From Gammaproteobacteria bacterium (GTDB lineage: Bacteria; Pseudomonadota; Gammaproteobacteria; Steroidobacterales; GCA-2729495), in contig JAWKZI010000010.1 in assembly GCA_041396045.1 (NCBI GenBank), positions 36,221 through 100,220 on the forward strand: DNA of 64,000 bases. Reading direction: 5' to 3'. A model generated the notes under the pieces. The model ran no database searches. It saw only the letters and a list, made by a program, of their open reading frames with translations, and was not told the DNA's origin. How positions within the stretch are numbered: the first letter of the stretch is position 1; each line of letters begins with the position of its first letter. Positions 37,396 to 45,936 of the stretch are shown here, in pieces. Made by a program: the position numbers and the translations under genes.

Positions 37396-37815
37396 ATGCG
37401 TACGTCAATTCTCCTGATAGCAGCAAGCGCCCTCGCCCTTGTCAGTTGCGCCAGTACTGGCGAAATGGCCCGGCTCACAGGTGAAAAGGCCACCTTTCAC
37501 TACGCCGACTATGCCGGCATGCCCGTCGAGGGATTCCAGGCCTACCGGATCAATGGCTGGACACCGGTCAGCCGTACCCAACTGGTCGTCTGGACTGGCG
37601 TGAATGATGCTTATCTGATCAAGGTCTGGAACACCTGCCAGGATCTGCAGTTCGCCGACCATGTTGGCGTCACGTCGACCGTCAATCGTGTCACCACCTT
37701 TGAGAAGGTTCGAGTCGGACGGGACACCTGCCCGATATCGGAGATTCGTCCGGTCGACATCAAACGCATGAGAGCCGACCGCAAGGCGGCGGCCGAGGCT
37801 GCCAAGGCGGGCTAG
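37396..37815 (+). CDS. small lipoprotein (DUF6491-like), unknown function
   Basis: AGGAGGA RBS, lipobox LVSCAS, two conserved-looking Cys (WNTCQDL, DTCPISEI). Family call tentative. Confidence 0.55.
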   Translation: MRTSILLIAASALALVSCASTGEMARLTGEKATFHYADYAGMPVEGFQAYRINGWTPVSRTQLVVWTGVNDAYLIKVWNTCQDLQFADHVGVTSTVNRVTTFEKVRVGRDTCPISEIRPVDIKRMRADRKAAAEAAKAG

Positions 37816-37907
37816 GTTTCACGACAGCGACGGCGGAGCGGAATCCGGGTGTTTGTGGCGGGCAATCTGCGGGCAGGCATCCTGTCTGCCCTCGAATCAA
37901 GCGCGCC

Positions 37908-38438
37908 TTACTTCACTGTATAGCCACGCGCCTCCAGACACGCACTTTCGGCCCGCTGGTAGTCGGCCCGATAGGCGGCAGCCTGCCCTGACGCTACGCC
38001 GCCCGATGGCTGAGTCGGGTCGAATCCGGTCTGCTTGACGGCCCATTGATAACAGGCATAGCGGTCGTCGGCCTGTTGCGCCTCGCTCTGGCCGCGGGCC
38101 GGATACACAAACTCGCTGGTGTAATCCAGCGGGGTCGTCATGCCGCCGTCGGGTGCCTCCGGAGGTTCGGTTACGACGTAAACCTGTTGTCGGGGCAGCC
38201 AGCGATAATAGATATGGTCAGCATAGTAATACGTGCCGACCCGGTAGCGAACGGCAAAGGCATGCCGGGGAAGGCGACGCACGTAGTAGCCACGCGCCGG
38301 GTAATAGTGTCTGGGACCATGGCGTTGGTCGACGACTCGTACCTGAATGGCCAGGCGTGGTTCGGCCGATGCCGGCGCCGTGCTGAACAGCGTCGCCAGC
38401 AAGCAGAGAACGACTGCACTATAAATCGTCGATTTCAC
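37908..38438 (-). CDS. secreted Tyr/Arg-rich protein with C-terminal YAC...W...RGYTVK module, unknown function
   Basis: Signal peptide MKSTIYSAVVLCLLATLFSTAPASA. C-terminus YPARGQSEAQQADDRYACYQWAVKQTGFDP...YQRAESACLEARGYTVK is shared with the next gene. Confidence 0.6.
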   Translation of the reverse strand: MKSTIYSAVVLCLLATLFSTAPASAEPRLAIQVRVVDQRHGPRHYYPARGYYVRRLPRHAFAVRYRVGTYYYADHIYYRWLPRQQVYVVTEPPEAPDGGMTTPLDYTSEFVYPARGQSEAQQADDRYACYQWAVKQTGFDPTQPSGGVASGQAAAYRADYQRAESACLEARGYTVK

Positions 38439-38478
38439 GGCATTTACCTCATCAACACTTCAGAGCGGGACATGCTGG

Positions 38479-39075
38479 TCACTTCACTGTGTAGCCGCGA
38501 CCTTCCAGGCAGGCACTGATGGCCCGCCGGTAGTCGTTGGCCTGTTGCTGGCGCACTGCCTGCAGTCGTGAATCCTGCCGGCGAACTGCCTGGTTATAGG
38601 CATCGGCCTCCTCCTGACGTGCCGAATCAGCTGCCGCGCCGATTACGCCGCCGGCTACAGCGCCTACGACGGCGCCCTGCGCGGTCCGGTGTGGCCCGGA
38701 AACCAGGGCGCCCAGCACCGCTCCGGTGACCGCGCCGCTGCCGTGAGCTGCACCGGGCGCAGGCGGCTCTCACTTCAATTCGCTGGTGGGGCGCAGGTCC
38801 GGCAGACCCGGATCGAATCGCGATTGCTGTACGGCCCACAGATGACAGGCGTATCGGTCCCGGTCGAGCCGGGCTGCCGACTGACCGGCAGCGGGATAGA
38901 CATAGATCGCGGCCACCGGTGTTGGCGGTACCGGCACTGATCTCACGACAGCAGTGCGGGACGGTGCCGTTGCACATGCCGGCAGCAGCATTGCCAGGAA
39001 CACAGGCAGCAGTCGTGGCCGGAACCGCCCCGTCGTATCACTCTGCACCGCGGCTATACGACTCATCGCTCTCAT
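38479..39075 (-). pseudogene. lipoprotein paralog of the preceding gene carrying a glycine-zipper segment, interrupted by an in-frame TGA (38770-38772)
   Basis: Lipobox LLPACA. Upstream of the stop: YPAAGQSAARLDRDRYACHLWAVQQSRFDP. The same frame continues after the TGA as EPPAPGAAHGSGAVTGAVLGALVSG...GAVVGAVAGGVIGAA...NDYRRAISACLEGRGYTVK. Confidence 0.55.
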
Positions 39076-39193
39076 ACTCCGTGGCACTCCCTGATGCCTG
39101 GGTATGTAACGTCGTGAGCGTGCGCAGGTTGACAGGCAATCCACGAATCGTCGCCATCATGCTGCGGCACTCAGACCGAGCCGAGGCTGAGGT

Positions 39194-40708
39194 TCAGCGC
39201 GGCGGGCCTCCCGCGTGAGCGGTTTTCAGCAGCAATACCAGCGGCAGTGAAACCACTGCCACGACGGTGAGCAGAAAGAAGCTGTTGCTGTAGCCGATTG
39301 CGGCAGCCTGCCGGACGAGTTCCGTCATGAATGCAGCCGTGGATTCGTTGGTGCCGGGCAGGCCTCCCAGAATCTGCCAACGGCTGGTATCAAAGGCAGT
39401 GAAATGCTCGGCCAGATAACTCTGATTCGTTTGTGTCGAACGGGCCAGCAGTGCGACGACTGTAGAGATCCCCACGGATGATCCGATATTGCGCATCAAG
39501 GTCAGCAAGGCACCGGCCTCGGCCCGCTGCTCGTTCATCAGGGTCGCATAGGCAACTACTGACAACGGCACGAAAGCCAGGGGTACCCCAAAGCCCTGGA
39601 CAGCACCGGACCAGACCACCCATTGCCATGGCGTGTCCAGGCTGAACTGCGCCATGATCCACAGCGATACCGCTGTCAGCGTGATACCAACGCCAATCAA
39701 CAAGCGCGCACTGACCCGGCCAACCAGTCGCCCGGCCACCAGCATGCCGAAAATCGACGTAACACCACGAACAGCCATCAATTCACCGGCCTGGGTTGGT
39801 GTGTATCCCTGGAGTTGCTGCAGGAAATTCGGCAACAGCACACTGGGACTGATTACCGCCAGCCCGATGGCAAACATCATGCCGATGGCCACCACGAAGT
39901 TTCGATCGCGAAGCAGCGTGCGATCCACGAAGGTATGCCGCCGGGTCCACGTGTGGACCACGAACATGTAGAAAAAGAGTCCGCTGAGCAACGCCTCCGT
40001 AACGATTTCGGTGGAATCAAACCAGTCCTTGGTCTGACCACGATCGATCCAGAGCTGGAAGAGGCCGATTGCGAGTGACAGCAGGATGAACCCCGTCAGA
40101 TCAAAACGATGACCCACGCGATGACGTACCTTCGGCAGCGCCAGCAGAATCCCAAGGTACGCCACGATGCCTACCGGCACATTGATGTAAAACGCCCAGC
40201 GCCAGCTCAGCGTGTCGGTCAGATAACCGCCCAGTGTAGGACCGATGATGGGCCCGACCATGACCCCCATGCCCCACAGGCCAGTGGCTCGTCCGTGTGC
40301 CTCCGGGGGAAAGGCCTCGAGCAATACCACCTGTGACAACGGCACCAGCGCCGCACCGAAGGCGCCCTGAAGGCCGCGGAACAGCACCATCTGTGTCAGG
40401 CTTTCCGCCAGCCCGCACAGCATCGACGCAATGGTGAAGCCGGCCACGCTGACCGTCAGCACGCGCCGCAGTCCGTAGCGGCCACCAAGCCAGCCGGAGA
40501 GTGGCGTAGAGATCGCACTGACGACAATGTACGAGGTAAGCACCCAGGCGATCTGATCCTGGGTAGCCTGCAGGCTGCCCTGCATGTGGGGCAGCGCCAC
40601 GTTGGCGATGGTCGAATCTATGGTGTACAGCAAGGTCGCCAGCACGGCGGCAACGCTGAGCAGAACGCGATTCGTTCCGGTAGCGTCCGCTGCTTCCGAG
40701 ACGTCCAT
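39194..40708 (-). CDS. emrB: MFS DHA2-family (14-TMS, EmrB/QacA-type) multidrug efflux transporter
   Basis: 504 aa. N-terminus LYTIDSTIANVALPHMQGSL...WVLTSYIVVSAISTPLSGWLGGRYGLRR is typical of EmrB. Confidence 0.85.
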   Translation of the reverse strand: MDVSEAADATGTNRVLLSVAAVLATLLYTIDSTIANVALPHMQGSLQATQDQIAWVLTSYIVVSAISTPLSGWLGGRYGLRRVLTVSVAGFTIASMLCGLAESLTQMVLFRGLQGAFGAALVPLSQVVLLEAFPPEAHGRATGLWGMGVMVGPIIGPTLGGYLTDTLSWRWAFYINVPVGIVAYLGILLALPKVRHRVGHRFDLTGFILLSLAIGLFQLWIDRGQTKDWFDSTEIVTEALLSGLFFYMFVVHTWTRRHTFVDRTLLRDRNFVVAIGMMFAIGLAVISPSVLLPNFLQQLQGYTPTQAGELMAVRGVTSIFGMLVAGRLVGRVSARLLIGVGITLTAVSLWIMAQFSLDTPWQWVVWSGAVQGFGVPLAFVPLSVVAYATLMNEQRAEAGALLTLMRNIGSSVGISTVVALLARSTQTNQSYLAEHFTAFDTSRWQILGGLPGTNESTAAFMTELVRQAAAIGYSNSFFLLTVVAVVSLPLVLLLKTAHAGGPPR

Positions 40709-40714
40709 GATCGA

Positions 40715-41815
40715 TCAGCCAGTCGACCCGAACCACCGTGAAAAGCGGGAATGCGGCCCCGTATCGATCTTCACGTCGGCACTCATGCCATCACGTAGCG
40801 GCGGATCGTCCGGAGTGGTGCTCAATGCGATGCGCACCGGGATGCGTTGCACGACCTTCACCCAGTTTCCCGACGCATTCTGCGGCGGCAGCAGCGAGAA
40901 TTCGGCACCCGTCGCCTGGGAAATGCTTTCAACCCGACCGTGCCATCTCCGCCTGCCATATGTATCGACCTCAACCGACACGGGCTGACCTGGTCGAACA
41001 AACTCAAGATCGGTCTCCTTGAAATTGGCCTCCACCCACAGGGCCCGGTCGACAACGATGGCAAAGGCATTCAGACCCACCACGGCCCGGTCACCAACCT
41101 TCGGCAGGTGGCTGACGATGCCAGCCTGAGGTGCCAGAACGACGGTATGACCCAGATCTACGCGCAGCCGTTCAAGGTCGGCGGCAGCGGCCAGTACGGT
41201 TGGATTCTGGTCAGTCGGCTGGTTGGCATCGCCGCCAAGCCGGGCCACAGCCTGCGCGAGCTGCAACTTGAGCACGGCGATGCCACCTACCGCGAAGTCC
41301 GCCGAGCGGTGTGCCGCATCTACCGCCGCCTGCGCCACCAGGTTGCGTTTCAACAGGGCACGCTGGCGCTCGTAGTCGCGGACCGCGTAATCGGCAGTTT
41401 TCCGGGCGACGGCCAACTCGCCCTGCTTTTCCCTGCAGGCGGCCTTCAGCGACTCTACATTGGCGCGCGCAGCAGCCAGTTGCGCCTCGGCACCCTGAAT
41501 GGCGACGCGCGTCAGCTGGTCGTCCAGCTTCAGAATCTTCTGGCCAGCCTTCACGCGGGCATTCTCGTCGACGAAAACCTGAAGTACGTCAGCAGAGATT
41601 TGCGGTACCACATTGACGCGGTCCTGCTGGACGTACGCATTGCCGGTTGACACATAGCGTCCTGCACTACCGTACAGGTAGACGGCGATGGCAACGATGA
41701 TCGCCGGCACGACCCACAGCAGTACGGCACGCCAGCGGGAACGTTCAGGCGCGGGTCGCACCGTGTCGATACTTTCGCCGGGCAGATTTACGGAGACTGG
41801 TATTTCAGCAGCCAC
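40715..41815 (-). CDS. emrA: HlyD-family membrane fusion protein (EmrA-like)
   Basis: Single TM helix, coiled-coil hairpin and beta-barrel (NAYVQQDRVNVVPQISADV..., APQAGIVSHLPKVGDRA, PGQPVSVEVDTY). Confidence 0.85.
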   Translation of the reverse strand: MAAEIPVSVNLPGESIDTVRPAPERSRWRAVLLWVVPAIIVAIAVYLYGSAGRYVSTGNAYVQQDRVNVVPQISADVLQVFVDENARVKAGQKILKLDDQLTRVAIQGAEAQLAAARANVESLKAACREKQGELAVARKTADYAVRDYERQRALLKRNLVAQAAVDAAHRSADFAVGGIAVLKLQLAQAVARLGGDANQPTDQNPTVLAAAADLERLRVDLGHTVVLAPQAGIVSHLPKVGDRAVVGLNAFAIVVDRALWVEANFKETDLEFVRPGQPVSVEVDTYGRRRWHGRVESISQATGAEFSLLPPQNASGNWVKVVQRIPVRIALSTTPDDPPLRDGMSADVKIDTGPHSRFSRWFGSTG

Positions 41816-41816
41816 G

Positions 41817-42317
41817 TTATCGTCCTGCCGCAGTCCGTCGCCTGGCCGTTCGTTGTTTGCCGACCGGGCGTGGCGCCAGCAAATTCTCGCGGATGCGGCC
41901 CAGAAGCCGCCAGAACTGATCCTCCTCGGCCCGGGTCAGACCCCGCACCGCCCGCTTGCCGGTTTCGTCCACCAGAGCATGCATGCGTGCGATGGGTGTG
42001 GCCGCCTTCGCCGTGAGTCGTACCCGTATCGCCCGCCGATCGTCCGGATCGGGAGCCCGTTGCACCAGGCCGCGTTTCTCGAGCTGGTCGATCATCCGAC
42101 CCAGGGTGACCGGCGTCACATCCATTACCGCCGCCAGATCGGTCTGGCGGCCGCCCTGGTTGCGATCCAGGCAATACAGCAGTCGCCAGAGTTCCGGGGT
42201 CAGTTTTTGCACTGGGTTGCGGTCCAGAAAGTCCCGGCGCATGGCCCGAACCAGCTCGGCCAGGGCAAATCCCAGCGAGCGCTCGCGCGTGGCATTGAAG
42301 CGGGGCGTACCACTCAT
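41817..42317 (-). CDS. MarR-family transcriptional regulator (EmrR-like)
   Basis: Winged helix QTDLAAVMDVTPVTLGRMIDQLEKRGLVQRAPDPDDRRAIRVRLT. Start trimmed to MSGTPRF at 42317. Confidence 0.85.
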   Translation of the reverse strand: MSGTPRFNATRERSLGFALAELVRAMRRDFLDRNPVQKLTPELWRLLYCLDRNQGGRQTDLAAVMDVTPVTLGRMIDQLEKRGLVQRAPDPDDRRAIRVRLTAKAATPIARMHALVDETGKRAVRGLTRAEEDQFWRLLGRIRENLLAPRPVGKQRTARRRTAAGR

Positions 42318-42332
42318 AAGTGAGGGTAATAA

Positions 42333-42345
42333 TAAGCAATGCTTA
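42333..42345. promoter_or_regulatory. palindrome TAAGCA-A-TGCTTA, candidate MarR operator
   Basis: Perfect 6+1+6 inverted repeat 16 nt upstream of the marR-like start codon. The operator role is inference. Confidence 0.4.
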
Positions 42346-42470
42346 CTATTCGTCAATAGCCATCTGACCCGCCGATTGCCGCCGCATGGCACAGTGAGCA
42401 CGTGCCCCGGGTCACGTCCAACAAGTTTCCGTAACTTGTCACAACACTTAACTATTGGTAAAAAGCAGCG

Positions 42471-42770
42471 ATGTGGACGACCGTCGCCCTGAAGCGCTCC
42501 CGGTGGCAGCTCATGCTGGCGGCCCTGCTGCTGTTCGCGGCCCAGCTCGTGGTCGATTCACATCTCATCGGCCACACGGCCAGCGGCGACAATGCCGGAT
42601 GCGTAATCTGTGCTATTTCCGGCGGCTCGCCCGGTGCGCCACCTGCGGTGGTCAACCTTGCACCAGCAGCAAGTCCATTACCCGCCCCCGTAATCGAGCA
42701 GATATCGGCACCGGTTTCCCCGCGTGTCGTTGCCACCAACCAGGCCCGCGCACCTCCCCACTCCGTCTAG
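42471..42770 (+). CDS. small membrane protein with HxxxH and CxxC motifs, unknown function
   Basis: 99 aa. Contains a TM helix (WQLMLAALLLFAAQLVV), then DSHLIGH...GCVICA and a Pro/Ala-rich tail. Coding status moderately uncertain. Confidence 0.45.
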   Translation: MWTTVALKRSRWQLMLAALLLFAAQLVVDSHLIGHTASGDNAGCVICAISGGSPGAPPAVVNLAPAASPLPAPVIEQISAPVSPRVVATNQARAPPHSV

Positions 42771-42836
42771 CGCTGTAACACCCCCAAGCATCGGCGCTTG
42801 CGCTGGTGCAGGTATTGCCGTGACGGAGAACCATTC

Positions 42837-44146
42837 ATGCCATTCCGTACCATGGTGGCGGCACTGTCCGCCATTCTGCTGACGTCGCCTGCCTTTGCGG
42901 CGGGCGATGAAATTACCCTGCTTCGCCAGGAACTGGAACAGACGAAGGCCCTGGTAGCGCAACTTGAAACGCGCCTGGCCGCCGTCGAGGCCGATCAGAC
43001 CGCCGCTGACACCACAGCCGATACGGCACCACCTCCGACAGCGGCGCCGGTTACTGCCAGCGGCTCGTCGCCCAATGCCTTCAATCCGGCGATCAGTGCG
43101 GTCATGGAGGGCTCCTACAACGCCTACTCACGATCACCGGAGGATGCAGTCATTGCCGGCTTTGCCGTGGACGACGCCGCACAGTTGCCCAACGAAGGTT
43201 TTTCGCTGGGCGAAAGTGAAATCAATCTGTCGGCCAATATTGACCCCCGGTTCTATGGCTCCTCACCGCCGCGCTGGAAGACGACGACGGCACGACGGGC
43301 ATTGCTGTCGAAGAGGCATTTATTGAAACCCTGGGTCTGCCCTACGGCGCCAGCGTGAAGGCCGGTCGGATATTCCCGACCTTCGGCTACATGAACGAGA
43401 TCCATGCTCACGCTGACTCCTTCGTCGACCGGCCACTGCCCTACCGAGCGTTTCTGGGTGGCGACAATCTCCATGACGACGGGGTGCAGCTTTCGTTCCT
43501 GCTGCCGACAGCGTTCTATGCCGAAGTGGGCGGTGGTGCCTTTCGCGGCGCCAGCTTTCCCGCTGCAGGTTCCGGCAGCAGCGGCGCGGGCACGACGACG
43601 TTGTTCGGACGCGTCGGCGGCGATATCGGCGTGTCCCAATCGTGGCTTGCCGGCCTCTCCTGGCTACGTGGCGAGGCCGTCAATCGCGAAACCGGTGATC
43701 TGACATTCAACGGCACAACGCACCTCTACGCAGCCGATGCCAAGTACACCTGGTCGCCCAACGGCAATCTCGCCAACCGCTCACTGGTACTGCAGGCGGA
43801 ATATCTGTGGCGCAACGAAGACGGCGCCTACAACGGCATTGGCTATGACCGCGATACGGATGGCTGGTACGCCCAGGCAGTGTACAAATTTCACCCGCAG
43901 TGGAAGGTCGGGTACCGCTACTCGCATCTGGGTGCGGCGTCTGTCCCGCTGGCCCTGGCCGGAACGGCACTCGATAGCGGCGGCCACAACCCACTCTCCC
44001 AGAGCCTGCTGCTGGAGTGGGACAACAGCGAGTTCAGCAGTCTGCGTCTGCAGTACACCCGGGACGAGTCAGGTCCTGTGGCTGACGACGAAGCGGTGCT
44101 TCGCTACACCATCAGCATGGGCGCCCATGGCGCTCACCAGTATTAA
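42837..44146 (+). CDS. putative outer-membrane beta-barrel protein with N-terminal coiled coil (one frameshift near 43258)
   Basis: GGAGA RBS. Signal peptide MPFRTMVAALSAILLTSPAFA, then a coiled coil LLRQELEQTKALVAQLETRLAAVE. The frame change joins ...ANIDPRFYG to LLTAALEDDDGTTGIAVEEAFIETLGLPYGASVKAGRIFPTFGYMNEIHAHA. Ends ...LRYTISMGAHGAHQY. Confidence 0.6.
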
Positions 44147-44167
44147 CCCGATTCCGAGGTACCTGCG

Positions 44168-45064
44168 ATGTCAATCCGGATCCTTCTGCTTTTACTTGTC
44201 ACGCTTCCCGTCGTTGCCCAGGCAAAGGTCAACGTCTTTGCCTGCGAGCCCGAATGGGGTGCGCTCACGACGGCTATCGCCGGCGACCACGCGGCGATCA
44301 CCGTGGCGACCACAGCGCTACAGGATGCCCACCAGGTTCAGGCACGCCCCTCGCTGATCGCCGCTGTGCGCAGGGCCAAACTGCTCATTTGCTCGGGCGC
44401 GGAACTGGAAACCGGCTGGCTGCCACTGCTACTCCGCCAGGCTGGCAACACGGCGCTGCAAACCGGTCAGCCTGGCAACCTCATGGCTGCATCGTTCGTT
44501 CACAAGCTTGAAGTGCCGAAGGTGCTTGATCGCTCCCAGGGCGACATCCATGCCGAGGGCAATCCTCACATCATCACGGACCCGCACAACCTGATCCCTG
44601 TTGCACGGGAACTGGCCAACCGGCTGCAGGCCATCGACCCCGACAATGCCGCCAGCTATGCGGCGAACCTCGCAACGTTCGACCAGAAGTTGACTAGCCG
44701 GATTACCGAGTGGGAAACGCAGGCCGCACGTCTGCGTGGCACCCCGATTGTCATACAGCACGATGTGTGGGCCTATCAGGACAACTGGCTGGGCCTGAAG
44801 CCGGTGGCCGCACTTGAACCAAAACCGGGCGTACCACCCACCAGCAGTCATCTGGCGAGCGTGTTGGCCACCCTCGGTACCACACCTGCCAGGGCCATAG
44901 TCGTGGCTGCCTACGAAAATCCCAAAGCAGCGAACTGGCTGGCCGACAAGACCGGCCTGCCTGTTCTCACGTTGCCGCTAACCGTCGGCGGCAACGCCAA
45001 CGCTACAGATCTGTTCACCCTTTATGACTCCACAATCAAGCAACTGCTGGCAGGGATCCAATGA
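44168..45064 (+). CDS. TroA/ZnuA-family metal-binding periplasmic protein
   Basis: Signal peptide plus His-containing segments DAHQVQARPS, HAEGNPHIITDPHN and QHDVWAYQ at the positions of cluster-9 metal ligands. Confidence 0.75.
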   Translation: MSIRILLLLLVTLPVVAQAKVNVFACEPEWGALTTAIAGDHAAITVATTALQDAHQVQARPSLIAAVRRAKLLICSGAELETGWLPLLLRQAGNTALQTGQPGNLMAASFVHKLEVPKVLDRSQGDIHAEGNPHIITDPHNLIPVARELANRLQAIDPDNAASYAANLATFDQKLTSRITEWETQAARLRGTPIVIQHDVWAYQDNWLGLKPVAALEPKPGVPPTSSHLASVLATLGTTPARAIVVAAYENPKAANWLADKTGLPVLTLPLTVGGNANATDLFTLYDSTIKQLLAGIQ

Positions 45065-45936
45065 ATACATCGACACTGGAGTTTTCAATTCTGGGCCCCG
45101 CCTTCGTGGCAGGCCTGCTGGTGCTGGCGACACATGTGCCACTGGGAATCGAGGTACTTCGCCGCGGCATCATCTTCATCGATCTTGCCATTGCCCAAAT
45201 GGCGGGCCTCGGCGCTCTGGCCGGCAGTCTTTATCTGCCGGATGCGATGGACGGCGGCAACGTACTGGCCGTGCAGGTGTGTTCGCTGGCGGCGGCCCTC
45301 GCCGGTGCAGCGCTGCTGACCTGGACAGAGCGTCGCCATCCGGCAATTCAGGAGGCGCTGATTGGCTGCCTGTTCGTACTATCAGCCTCGGTGAGCCTGT
45401 TGCTGGTCGGCCAGAATCCGCATGGCGCCGAGCACATCAAGGATCTGCTCGCCGGGCAGATTTTGTGGGTACTGTGGCCGCAGATAGCAGTTGTTGCCGG
45501 TTTGTATGCCGTGCTGCTGATTGGCTGGTTCACCTTGCGACATCGCATGGGACGTGCCGGCTTTTATGTGATTTTCGCGCTCGCCGTAACGGCATCCGTG
45601 CAACTGGTCGGCGTCTATCTGGTTTTTGCCAGCCTGATCATGCCGGCACTGGCCCTGCGCCGGGTTGAGGGCGGGTGGCGATTATTCAGTGCCTGGCTGA
45701 CCGGTGCTGCGGGGCTCGTTGCAGGCCTGGTGCTGTCTGCGTTATTCGATCTTTCAACGGGACCCACCGTGGTGGCAACGCTCGCCCTGGTTTCGCTGGC
45801 TGCCGGAATACTCAGTTCACGTTGGGTCGGTTCACGGCGTCACAGCACGCACGCAGCGCACACCGAGCAGGTTGCCACGGCCGGATTGCAGCTGAGCACT
45901 GCCACCGCCGCTCGCGAAAAAGCTGTGCCAGGCTAG
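45061..45936 (+). CDS. ABC-3 (ZnuB/TroC-like) metal transporter permease
   Basis: About 8 TM helices. ATG overlaps the upstream stop (ATGA at 45061-45064). The last ~35 codons overlap the convergent gene, so the true 3' end is uncertain. Confidence 0.7.
   Translation: MNTSTLEFSILGPAFVAGLLVLATHVPLGIEVLRRGIIFIDLAIAQMAGLGALAGSLYLPDAMDGGNVLAVQVCSLAAALAGAALLTWTERRHPAIQEALIGCLFVLSASVSLLLVGQNPHGAEHIKDLLAGQILWVLWPQIAVVAGLYAVLLIGWFTLRHRMGRAGFYVIFALAVTASVQLVGVYLVFASLIMPALALRRVEGGWRLFSAWLTGAAGLVAGLVLSALFDLSTGPTVVATLALVSLAAGILSSRWVGSRRHSTHAAHTEQVATAGLQLSTATAAREKAVPG

Noticed and set aside
38770-38772. Selenocysteine or programmed read-through at the in-frame TGA
   Set aside because: Downstream there is only an imperfect 8-bp stem with a large loop, not a convincing bacterial SECIS. 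The aligned position in the paralog is a linker with no Cys. A nonsense mutation or base error is more parsimonious.
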